DNA of 63,955 nucleotides, the filler included, from Hausera hauseri (Eukaryota), in assembly GCA_046269625.1 (NCBI GenBank). It is 10 parts of 10 records of this genome, joined end to end, with 100 filler letters (N's around TTAATTAATTAA, not from the genome) between each part and the next. Parts side by side here need not be neighbours in the genome. Positions count along the whole stretch, not along the records: positions 38,435 to 44,233 come from JBJURY010187193.1; positions 44,334 to 48,628 come from JBJURY010651108.1; positions 48,729 to 52,790 come from JBJURY010785757.1; 7 more parts are not named here. One strand, given 5' to 3'. Under the pieces are notes generated by a model. That model had not been told where the DNA came from, did no database searches, and saw nothing but the letters and a program-made list of their open reading frames with translations. Shown in pieces: positions 39,381 through 51,020 of this stretch (positions are counted from its first letter, which is position 1; the number at the start of each line of letters is the position of its first letter). A program made the translations under genes and the position numbers.

Positions 39381-42300
39381 GAGTGTTGTGTGATGCCAAG
39401 AAGAGTCAAAAAGAAGAGATGAAGAAGGTGAAGGAGGAAGAGAGATTGTTGAAGACGAAGGATTGATTAAAGGTGTAGTGGCGGATAAAGGAAGAAAAAG
39501 AGAAGTTAGAGTAGAGGTTGGAATTGAATTGTGTGAGAGAGTGGAAGTAGAAGATGAAACAGAAGTATTAGTAGAGAGAGGAAAAAGGATAGAGAAAGAG
39601 GTAAAGAGAGGAGAAAGTTGTAAAGCGGAAGTAAAAGGAGTAAAATATGATGTGTGAGGAGAAAGGGCCGAAGATGAGGAAGGTGTGGAAAGAGAAGGAG
39701 AGAGAGAAAAGATGGCGAAAAGGTAAAAAACTGAGGAGAGCAAGAAGATGGAGAAGGCGCAGGAAAGTAGTTGAAAGGTGGTGTGTAAGAGGTTGAAATG
39801 ATGAAAGGGGCAGATGGAGAGATTGGTGAAGTCGAGGTGGTGTTTGATGGAGGAGGTATTGCGAAAGGCGAAAGCAGGTTGTTACTAGGGGATGGAAGAG
39901 GTGTGAAAATGCTTGACGGTGCAACAACGGATGGGAAAGAAAAGGCTCAATTGTGAGAAGAAATTAAAGTGGAAGTTGTGGGAGAAAACGTAAGGGAAAG
40001 TGGATTAAGACATTGAGCAGAGATGGAAGGTGAATTGTTGGATTGCTGCGCGTCATATAAAGATGTTGGTGGAGAAGTGACTTCGATGGGAGACGTATCG
40101 TCGATGAAGAAGGCTGGCTTAGCATTGTTGATGTGAACTGCTACTTCTTTGTCGTCTTTGAGAATGATGATGTTGTGGGAGTGTAGGCGAATTACTTTCT
40201 AAGGGATGAAATACTGAGGTTGTAAACCACATGGCGTCTGATTTTTTAACCAAACGAACTTGGCAGTATATAAATCGTCGGGTATGTAGGGTTTATTTGC
40301 GTGTAACAGTCTACAAAATTAGTTTTTGCTGATCTCAACGAAGTGACTCTGTGCCGCTTGTATGGTTTCGTCTGTAGGAGTACTGTCCAGCTCAGTCAGC
40401 TCGAATAATGATCTAATAGAAGTGTCAAATAATGCTTCTGCATGTGAACAGCCTGTAGAAGTTGATGGTGTTCCGCCAGCCAAGCAGAACGTACAGAAGG
40501 AGTGTAGTCCAATTGCGATTGGACTCAGAGAGGATTTTGAGAGACGTTTTCATCGATCGGTGAAAGCATTCGCGAAGGCCATTCAATTGGGGATGATATG
40601 GTGACGTGTGAATGTGGTTAATTCCCAAAAGATTGACAAGAGCTTTAAACAGGTTGGATTTGAACTGTGGGCCTTGGTCCAAAATGATGTGGCGAGGTGA
40701 TCCAAACCTGATAATCCGAGTACGGATGAAAACGTCTGCGATGGTTTCTGTGTTGGTGCTGCAAAGCGGGACAGCCTCTGGCCATCGCGAGGAACGGTCC
40801 ATTATGGTGAGGATGAACTTATGGCCGTTGTTTAAGGGTAGTGGGCCTACAAGATCAATGTGAACAGATTCGAAACGAGACGTGCAGGAAAAATGAAATA
40901 GTGATGGCTTTAGGTGCTTAGTAACTTTGTATTTTTGGCATGCCACACACTGCCTAACTCATGCATGCACGTCAGAGCGCATCGACTGCCATACTACTTG
41001 GCGTTGTAAGAGTCGAAAAGTGGCCTTGGCACCGGGATGATGCAACGAATGGACGCTGTGGAATGCTTTTTTTTGAAGCGACTCAGAAAGAATGATTTTG
41101 GGATTATTAGGTTTGGAGGTGTCAAAGGCCACACAATCGATGGTTTTGCAAGATTTAAAAGATTTAAAGATGTCAGGAGGTGGCTGGTTTTGCTGAAGTT
41201 TGGATTGAGGAAAACTTGGTGTAAAATCAATCGAGCTGACCGATCGGGACAAAAAGTCAGCTACTAAATTGTCGACTCCGTTTAGGTGTTTAGTTTGAAA
41301 ATTAAATGTGGAAAAATACGATATTTGCCTCTTATGACGTGGAGAAGGCTATTTCGTGATGAGAATTTGAAGCAAGGGCTTTTGATCCATTTGTATGATA
41401 AAAGTTCGTGCGGTTATGAGATGTTTGAAGTGTTTTACGGCAAGGACCATTGCAAACAAATCTCTGTTAAAGGTGTAATATCTTTGCTCTTGTGCTGTGA
41501 ATTTTCGAGAAATGAATTCCAGTGGCTCATGGGATCCATTTTAACTTGGAGGACAGCACCTGCAGCTGTTGTGGATGCGTCGGCGGTTAAGAAAAGTTCT
41601 GCATGGGAGTCTGGGTAGGCAAGAATTCCCAGTTTTTAAATTGTCTTTGAGGTGATCGAAAGCGTTGACTAGCTTGGCAATCCATTGAATAGGCTGTTTC
41701 TTCTTGCCAGAGCTTAATGATGTAAATGGAGCGGTTAGATTGGAACAGTGTGGAACATACCTATGAATAAAGTGCAAGGTTCCGAGAAAAGAACGCATCT
41801 CTGTTGATGTACGTGGTAGCTATATGTTTTTGAGCTGTGTTATGCGGTCTGGCTGAGGTGAATGTCCGGAGGAGCTAATGACATGTCCTAGAAAGTTAAC
41901 TTTATGTTGAAAAAAGAGCATTTGGCGAAATTAATTTGCAAATTGTTTTGGTGCAAGCGCTGGAAGATTAAACGTTAGTGTTCACAGTGCTGCTTAGAGG
42001 AGGATGATGTAATTAGGATATTATCAATATAGGGATAGGCAAAGTCTAAACCTGATAGGACTGTATCGATGTGCCTTTGGAAAGTCTGGGAAGCGCTACG
42101 GAGTCCAAAAGGCATGAAGAGGTATTCGAAAAGGCCGAAAGGTATAATGACAGCCGTTTTCGGAATGTGTGCTGGGGCCACCGGAATTTGGTGGTATGCT
42201 TTCTGTAGATCGATGCAAGAAAAGATGGTCGCATCATGGAGCCTGTGAAGGATATCGTTGATTAATGGTAGAGGGTAGGCATCCATTATTTTTATGATGT

Positions 42301-44233
42301 TAAGTTGGCGGTAATCACCGCACGGGCGAAAGGTGCCATCTTTTTTTAAAACCACATGTAGTAGTGAAGACCAGGGGGATTTGGATCTTCTGATTATGCC
42401 TGATCTTTCCAGTTCGAGAAACACAGCCTGCACTGTCTATCTGCGACGATGCGATAGCAGACGGACCTTTCGACGTATTGGTCTTTGATGTGCTGTTACT
42501 ATGTGATGAAAAGTGGATTGAGGTGGTACGAATGATTTGTCCTTCTGCAACAGACGCGTGCAGGAGGATGAAATGTATTGCTGTAGATCAGAAGGCAACG
42601 ATGAAAAATTATCCGATGGTGTCGATGCACCGTGACTGGATAAAGTTGAGGTATGAGTTATGGACGAGGTGTTGTGACTGGGTGGTATTTGGTGCAGGAT
42701 GTTCGTGTTGAAGATGGTGTTGGCAGCTGTGCTATTAGTAATAGGTTCCACGCAGTTGGCAATATCGTATTTGTCACCGTAGTAAAAATGTCTGTATAAA
42801 GTATGATTATAAAAATAATTTAAATCGGAAGTCGCTTGCTTCAGTATTGACTTACTGGACGCGATCGCCTGGGTGGTCACCAAAATGCTGATAATTTGAT
42901 TAAGATTATTTCCGCACTTTAAGGAACATTGTTTTCAATCCACAAGTAAATTGTAGTGGGACAGAAAATCTGAACCCAGTATAGGTGTGCGTACATTAGC
43001 TATTGTAAATTTCCATGTGAAGGTGTTTGGGAGGTGTGGAAAAGTGAAAGTTAATTTGGTAACTCTAAAAATCTGTAAGGGTTCACCGGACGCAGTAAAC
43101 AGTTGCTTTTTTGATGTGAAGTTGTTCTGAATGTGTTGTGCTGGTAGTAGTAAGGAGATTGCTGAGCCAGTGTCTATAAGAAAGTTAATGATTGCTTCGT
43201 TGGAGTAATGACTGCTGCTTCCAACGTGAATACAGCAAAAGAAATATGTCGGCTGTCTTTTTGCAGGTTGTTGCCTTTGCAAGGACTTGCGTGTGTCATA
43301 GCGGCAAAATTAGTTGTTTGTAGATGGTGAGTTTGGCCTACTGTTTTGTGTGAATTTTGTAATGTTGGTTTTATTGTGTGTGTTGTAGGTACAGCCAGGT
43401 AGGCATTTGAGTGCTTTTGTGCCAAATTTTGAATGATAGATGCAAACGATGTTGCTCGTATGGTAATCAAGGGAATAGAATTTACAACCGATGCAGCACT
43501 TCTGAGCATTATTGCCAAATTTGCTATGATAATAGCAAATAGATGACCGCTCGGGCGAAGGCGACCGTCTTTGAAGTTGACTAAATACATTAGAGGAAAC
43601 AGCTCTAGAAAAATCCCGTCGAGGCAGAGTTAATTCGTTTAATTCTTCGTTTATGTTGTTGACTGTGTTCTGTAACTTTTTATTTTCTGTGCGTAATTGC
43701 GCAATTTTTTGTTGCAGAATTGCATTTTGTTGTTGTTGATCTGTTGCTGATGCTGCAGAGATAGCTGGTGCTGTGTGTGAGTGCAGTACTTCGTATGCTT
43801 TGTCTGCCAATTCGACTAGCTTGTCTTATTTGAAGGGGCAATGCATCTAGAAAGTAGCGGCGAATAAGTTCTGGGCTATGCTCCGATGTCACGCCAAGGG
43901 TGTTAAGGTGAGACAAGGATGTACGTAAGAATTCAGAAGGCTTCTGAAGGCCCATGGCGTTATCGTTGAAGTACATTTGAATGATGAAGCCGATTGACGG
44001 CTCAGTAAGCTTGAGAACGGCATTGTAAAGTTGAGTATATGGTGTGAAGTTGGTGGGTCTCGTCCAGTAAAGAATTGATATCGGTATTCTGTATAATGAC
44101 ATTTTTTTCGACCATTTTAGTACTGGCAAATAAAGGTTTAGATGGCATAAATGTTTCAGTTGTTTCCGGAGTTGGCTGACAAGAGTTTGACACCAATCGA
44201 GAATTACGGAATTGACTATTAACTTTATCGTTC
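39381..44233 (-). mobile_element. Gypsy conventional family, copy A3 (near-complete gag-pol plus pyrimidine-rich tail), decayed
   Basis: Gag (KPSEFLR, two C(Y/I)YHSKFG..A.KC..GC motifs), FLIDTGS, CGDYRQLN, MPFGLRSASQTFQR, YIDN, RNase H, integrase; tail homologous to about 1800-2524. Confidence 0.95.
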
Positions 44234-44333
44234 NNNNNNNNNNNNNNNNNNNNNNNNNNNNNNNNNNNNNNNNNNNNTTAATTAATTAANNNNNNNNNNN
44301 NNNNNNNNNNNNNNNNNNNNNNNNNNNNNNNNN

Positions 44334-47300
44334 TTGAAGACGGATGGTTAAAGGCATTGAAAAGAGTGTTAGAAGACGAAGGAGTGATGACAGGTGTAGT
44401 GGTGGATAAAAAAAGAGTGGAAAAAGTTGTAGTAGGGATTGGAATTGTGTTGAGTGAAAAAGTGGAAAAGGAACATGGTACAGAGGTAGTGGTAGGGATA
44501 GAAGTAGAATGTGTGGAAAATGATGGAGCAGGACCAGGCGCAGAAAAGGAAGGTGGAAATGATGTAGCAATAGATGTATGGATAGCAGGGAGTGGAGGAG
44601 TGAGAAAGGAGGTTGATGTGTCAGTTGGTAAGATGTCGTCGACAAATAAAGCGGGTTTTAAGTTGGTAATGTGTACTGTAAGGTCTTTGCCGTTTTTAGA
44701 GATGATGGCGTTGTGTGAGTGCAGCTGTAACAGTTTGTAGGGCCCCAGATACCTGACTGAAAACCGCAAGGCGCTTGATTCTTTAGCCATACGAATTTTG
44801 CCGAATACAAGTCTTGGGGTAAGTATGTTTTGTCTTTGTGAAGTATTTTACAGAACGAATCTTTGCTGACCTCGACAAAGTAATTTTGCGCCGCCCGTAT
44901 TGTTTCGTCCGTGGGAGTGTCGTCTAGAGCGGTTAATTCGAATAATGATCGTACAGGAGCTCCGAATAAGGCTTCAGCAGGTGAGCATCCTGTAGAAGTA
45001 GACGGAGTGTTCCACCAGCATAGCAGAACGAACGGAAGAAGATTTGTCCAACTAGTGTTGGACTCTGCGAGAATTCTTAGTGACGTTTTCAATGTTCGGT
45101 GGGAACGTTCTAGAAGCCATTCGATTGAGGATGATAAGGCATAGTATGTATGTGGTAAATCCCCAATCGGTTAACAAGGGATTTGAACAGGTTAAACTCA
45201 AACTGTGGACCCTGGTCCGTGATGATGAAGCGAAGTCATCCAAACCTGCTAATCCATGTGCAAATAAAAACGTCAGCTATAGTTTCGGTATTTGTGCTCC
45301 TCAGAGGGATGGCTTCTGGCCATCGCGAGGAACTGTCCATCATGGTGAGAATGAATTGATGTCCGTTGTCTGGAAGAAGAGAGCCAACGATGTCGATATG
45401 CACGGATTCGAATCGCGTGTGCAGGGAAAGTGGTATAATGGTGGCTTTAAATGCTTAGCTGTTTTGTATTATTGGCAAGCCACACACTCCTTAGCCCATG
45501 CCTGAACATCAGAACGCATTGACGGCCATATTGCTTGTCGATGGAGTAAACAAAAAGTGGCTTTAGCATTAGGATGGTGTAGTGAATGCACGTTGTGAAA
45601 AGCTTTCCTTTGCAATGATGGTGCTAGAATTATTACTGAATGGTCTGGTTTGGAGGTATCTAAAGCCACACCGTCAACAATTGTGCATTACTTAAAAGAC
45701 TTAAGCATGTCTTCAGGTGGCTGGTTCTGTTGAAGTTGGTCTTGTGTAAAATCGGAGAAAAATTAATCGAACTAACCGACCTAGATAAAAAATCAGCAAC
45801 TAAATTGTTAACGCCGTTAATATGTTTAATATCGAAGTTAAATGTCGATAAGTATGATATTTGTCGCTTTTGACGTATGGAGGGGTGTTTCATGGCCATG
45901 GTATTAAGTAAGGGCTTGTGATCAGTTTGTAGAGTGAAATGACGAGCGACAAGTAGGTGTGAGAAATGCTTTAAAGCGAGAACGATGGCCAATAGTTCTC
46001 GATCGAACGTGGAATATCTGGTTTCAGGTGCTTTTAGCTTGCGAGCGGAAAATTCTAATGGTTGATTTTTTCCCTTGTAGATCTGGTGGAGTACGGCGCC
46101 TACAGCAGTAGTTGACGAGTCTGTATTAAGGATGAGTTTTGCATTAGGCTTGGGGAAAGCTAGAATATCGACGATTTTGTTGCCTTCGCGTAGCTTATTG
46201 AATTTGTCAACCAATTCAGGTGTCCACTGGATTGGCTAATGTTTTTTGCCGCCGCTTAGGTGTGCAAATGGTGCTGTCAATTCGGAGCAATATGGTACAT
46301 ATTTATGTACAAAGTGTAGTGTGCCAAAGAAGCTACGCATTTCGGTAGTTGTACGTGGCAATTGGATATTTTTAAGAGCTTCGACTTGGTCTGATTGGGG
46401 AGAATGACCGTCTGGCGTAATAACGTGGCTTAAAATGTTAATGCGCTTTTTGAAGAAATGACATTTATCGAAATTGATTTGGAGATTATGGTGGTTAAGA
46501 CGTTGGAATATTGCACGGTGTTTTTCGTGTTGTTTGGCAGAAGATGAAACGACTAGAATTTCATCGATATAAGGGTGTGCAAATTGGAAATTGGAAAGAA
46601 TTGAATCAATGTGGCTCTGAAAAGTTTGTGCGGCATTCCTCAAACCGAATGGCATAAATAGGTATTCATAGAGACCAAAAAGAGTGGTTACTGCGGTTTT
46701 TTCTGTACTCGGGTACCACCAGTATTTGATGGTATGCTTTAGCTAAATCAATGGTCGAATAGATGGTGGTTGAATTAAGACGATGCAAGATATCCTTGAT
46801 GAGTGGTAAAGGGTACGCATCCATAATAGTCAAGTTGTTCAGCTGTCGATAGTCACCCCATTGTCTAAAAATACCGTCCTTTTTTATACAACGTGTAAAG
46901 GTGATGACCAAGGAGATTTGGAACGGCGTACTATTCTGGAACGTTCTAGTTCAAGAAATTCAGCGTCTACGGCCTGCCTACGACGAGGTGACAGAGGTCG
47001 TACCTTTTGGCGTATAGGACGTTGATGTTGTGTAACTATGTGGTGTAAAGTACTGTTTGCGAGAGTAAACGTACGGTCTTTTTTAAGTACACGTGGACAT
47101 GATGTGTTGACGAATTGCTGTAAAGTTGTAGGCAACTGTGAAAGATTTGGTGGAAGTGGTGAAACGGCTTGAGTAGTAGCGGATGCAATTTGTGAGTTGT
47201 TTGGTGATGTGCGGTCAAGTGGTATTTCGTGTAAGATGGTTGAATTGAAAATGGTGTTGAATAAAGTGACTTCGCCGAATGAACCAACGTTGGTGGTAGT

Positions 47301-48628
47301 ACCACACTTATCGACATCAAATCTCAATCAAATATCAGTGTTATTATTTAAAAATTTACGGATTGATATATTATTATGGAAATTGGAATTATTTATTAAT
47401 TTTTTTAAGATTGACCTCCGCATCCCGGTCGACTGGGCGGTAGTCGAAATGTTATTGGCATGCCCAGAAATGTCACAAGTGATGCCGTTTCTCAAACATC
47501 TCTGACTGCAGTAAACCAGTAAATTATAGTGTGAGAGAAAGTCGGATCCTAGAATTGCCGTCTGGACGTTAGCGACTGTGAACGTCCAGTGGAAAGATGA
47601 AAAAAATTTGGTAAAGTGAAAGATAATTTAGCCAAGCCAGAAATGTGCAGCGGTTGGCCTGAAGCAGTGTATAAGGGCTTAATTCGGAATGGAGAATTTT
47701 GTACAGGAAAGGTTTGTGGTAATAAAGAAATCGCTGAACCTGTATATATGAGGAAGTCAACGGATTGCGTTGTAGGAGCGGTGATTTCAGCCTTTAGAGT
47801 AAAAACAGCAAAAAAGACGCGTCGGCGTTCAGAAAGTGAAGTAGTGCCTTTGTCAGAGTTTGCCGTGACTTTTGGCGGCGAACTTAGTTTTTTTTAAAAG
47901 GGTGAACTAGAACGACTAATAGAAGGAAAGGCAGTACGTACGTCGTTCGTACTTGATTTAAAAGTGCAGCCTGGAATGCATTTACGAGCCTGATTTTTAA
48001 ACCGTGCATGGTAGATGCAAACAACGGTGTTCGAGGAAAAATTTTGTTATAAAATTTGCACCCTAGGCAGCACTTCTGAGTATTAGTGTTGAATCTGCTG
48101 TAGTAATAGCAGATCGACGAAAGCAAATGCGATGGTGAGCAGTTTCTAGACGCAGAACGAACGCGGTCAGCGGCAAAACACCATCGGCGGGACAGAGACA
48201 GTTCGTTTAATTTATTATTAATATTGTTGATTGTTGAATGTAGTGCAATATTTTCAGCACGCAGTTGATTAAGCTGTTGTTCTATGTATGTATTATTGGT
48301 TTGAATATCGTTAGCTGCAACTGCTACTGAAACTACTGGTGGAGAATTTACGTGTAGGACATCGCGTGTCCTATCGGTTAATTCGGCCAATTTCTCAAGC
48401 AGTGTGGAGTCCTCCACCACGGTAAGTAGGGCTCGGATTTGGATAGGTAACGCATTAAGGAAATAGTGGAGCAGGAGTTCTGGGTTGTGTTCTTTAGTGA
48501 CGCCGAGGGTATGTAGATGTGCCAAAGAGGTGCGTAAGAATTCTGATGGTCGTTGGGTATCTATAGCATTGTCGTGGAAGAAACGTTGTATGTTCATGTC
48601 CGTGGGATGTTCTGTGCTCTTAAGAACG
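44334..48628 (-). mobile_element. Gypsy conventional family, copy B2 (gag-pol), decayed
   Basis: RPSEFLR Gag, degenerate protease (YTGS), GDYRQLN, MPFGLRNAAQTFQ, YIDE, YSTFDRELLA, TDHKPL, integrase, GPYKL, Ser/Thr/Pro tail. Confidence 0.95.
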
Positions 48629-48728
48629 NNNNNNNNNNNNNNNNNNNNNNNNNNNNNNNNNNNNNNNNNNNNTTAATTAATTAANNNNNNNNNNNNNNNN
48701 NNNNNNNNNNNNNNNNNNNNNNNNNNNN

Positions 48729-50915
48729 GAATAATATCTCAGCCTTGTAGCCTCGGCTCTGCATACCGGGCAGGTCGTCTTCCCATTTTTCAGGGTCCAC
48801 GTTTCCAAACAGTATCGGCAGTACTAGGACTACGAATCCTTGGTATAGGTCTGCATTGCAAACGGGGCATTCTTCTTTTTCAGCAGCATCAATATCCACA
48901 AGATTCTCGTCCACTTCTATTCTATCAAACACGAGTCCTTTTCTGTATTGGTACAAATATCCGTACAATCTCTTTTGATTGGGGTCTATTGAACTTTTTC
49001 TTGGATTGTCAGATACTGCTACTAGGGTTCATTCTACTATTTCTTGTTTGTCCAGATCGGGTATTCCAGGTTTCTTATATTGTCTTTTTAACTGAATTCT
49101 GACTTGGGTGTCCACGGTAATTGTTAACCTGTTAATGCCACTTTTTGATTGAAATATTGGGGCTAGGTATCTTCCTATGGTGTGATCTTCTCTGGCATAT
49201 CCGTTTCCACTCACTATTCTTCTTAGAACGGTGGACACGTAAAATACAGCCTCTTTGATTTTTCCTCTGCTGTAATATTCGGCCACAACGAGGATTTTCT
49301 TGTACTCTTTCACTTCGCCAAATTCTGTAACTATAATCGGGGTATCTTCCTCCCAGTTCTTCTTAAGAACGTTAACTTCTGATTTAAGAGATTTGGATTT
49401 TGTAAATTCCAACGGTTTTTCACTGTCCTCTTTTTCTTTCGATTTGATATTCTTTTCTGATTGTTCATGGGTTCCTCCGGAATCGGTTTATCTATCGTTG
49501 ATCTTTTTTCGTCTATTTGACCTTTGCTGGTCTTGCTTCTCTTTTTATGGATATAATCCAGGAAGGAGGTCTTCGTCTTTTGCCTTTTCGGTTTTTCTGA
49601 AGCATCGTATTTTATCGTCGGTTCTTCTTGAGCTTTACTAGTTGAAGGCTTCTGTTGATTGTGGATGGTTATTCTAATTCGGTTCGGTCCTTGGGGCTCG
49701 ATTTGTCGATAACCTGGGTATTCACTAAACCCTTTTCGGAATTTTTGTATCAGCGATTTAGGATTATTGTCAGATATCGCATTCTGTACAGGTTCTCTAG
49801 GTTTCGATTCGTGATCCCATCGTAAATGGTCGTAAACATTCTTGATACATTTTGTTCGCTGGCTCGCCGTCATTAACTTTGGGAATTTAAATCCTTCACA
49901 ATTCATGGCTTCGAGCATCATCTTGAACTGTGATTCAGGCGACGCCGAGGCTGGAAGTAGACATCCTCTTTTCCGCATTAGGGTATTTTCTACTTGACTT
50001 ACGACAGCTGGGTTTTTCGGCTTATTTCTCAGATGCCGGCTAGATATTCTTATCTGATTCCTAATTGTTCTAGTGCTTCGTGGAATCGGAATCCAGTAAC
50101 AACGTATCCATATAAACATTGACTGATATCTTCTTGGATCTCCAAAAAGTATTTTCCTTTTTCAAGTTGAGGTTTTGTAATTCCAGTAACGTCGGGAAAA
50201 GTATCTTTGATTCTAACTCTAGGTGCAATTATTTTGTTTAAGACTTCTTCTCCGTTTGTATTCCTAATAGAGATTTCGATTTGGAAGTACCACCCGTTAT
50301 CCTTTCCCCATAATTCACCTCTACTATCCGGGAATTTCGGCCATCTGGGACTAATATATATGATTCCCCATTTTGTTCTACTTCGTCTTCTAAGGGCTTT
50401 TGTATGTGTACCAACGGGGGTAATGGCTTCATTAGTTCGGTTCGCCACGTCATTTCTATCATAATTTTGGTCGGAAGGTCCGCGATCCGGAATTCCAATG
50501 CATAATCCATGAGATTATAACAACATAGCTCGTAAATACTAAATTTCCACTGTTGTCCCTTTTGTGTACTCCAGGATTGTTCTACGATCCTGTAATGAAT
50601 TTCTCCATCAGTGACATGTATGTACGATTGCTGATGTATCGGCTCATATGGGATCAGATCTATCAAGTGATACACTCGTACATCCTTTGGACTCCTTATG
50701 GCATATAATCGAACCAATCTATTTTCTTCTAAACCCCATTTCAATCCGTTCGGTATTTTACTTTCTTGGGTAAACTCTAGGTAATTGGTATTTTTCAGAT
50801 TTTCCCCGATTTGTCGATATAAACTTTTGGATAGGGGTTTGAGGACTGTAACATGCTGCTGCAGGAAGTCATCGATATCGTGATGGACTGATGGATTCTT
50901 CACCTTCTCGGCCAT
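48729..50915 (-). pseudogene. Frameshifted accessory ORF containing a REX4/ISG20-like DEDDh exonuclease-like domain (about 50330-49820)
   Basis: IEISIRNTNGEEVLNKIIAPRVRIKDTFPDVTGITKPQLEKGKYFLEIQEDISQCLYGYVVTGFRFHEALEQL parallels REX4 (VSIVN..G.VVLD.FVKP...V...T.VSGI......A..F...Q.....L.G..LVGH....DL..L). Overlapping ORFs in successive frames; CPVC near the contig end. Confidence 0.65.
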
Positions 50916-50925
50916 ACTTACTCTG

Positions 50926-50947
50926 CTGAAATAAAAATAAAGGTTAA
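50926..50947 (-). promoter_or_regulatory. Putative splice acceptor just upstream of the accessory ORF ATG (50915)
   Basis: TTAAC (branch-point-like) CTTTATTTTTATTTCAG| ten bases before ATGGCC. Confidence 0.4.
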
Positions 50948-51020
50948 TCCTAAGACAGATCATCGTTTTGAAACAAAACATTTTCTCTGTCTGATGATAG
51001 GATAACCCGATCTGTAGTCG

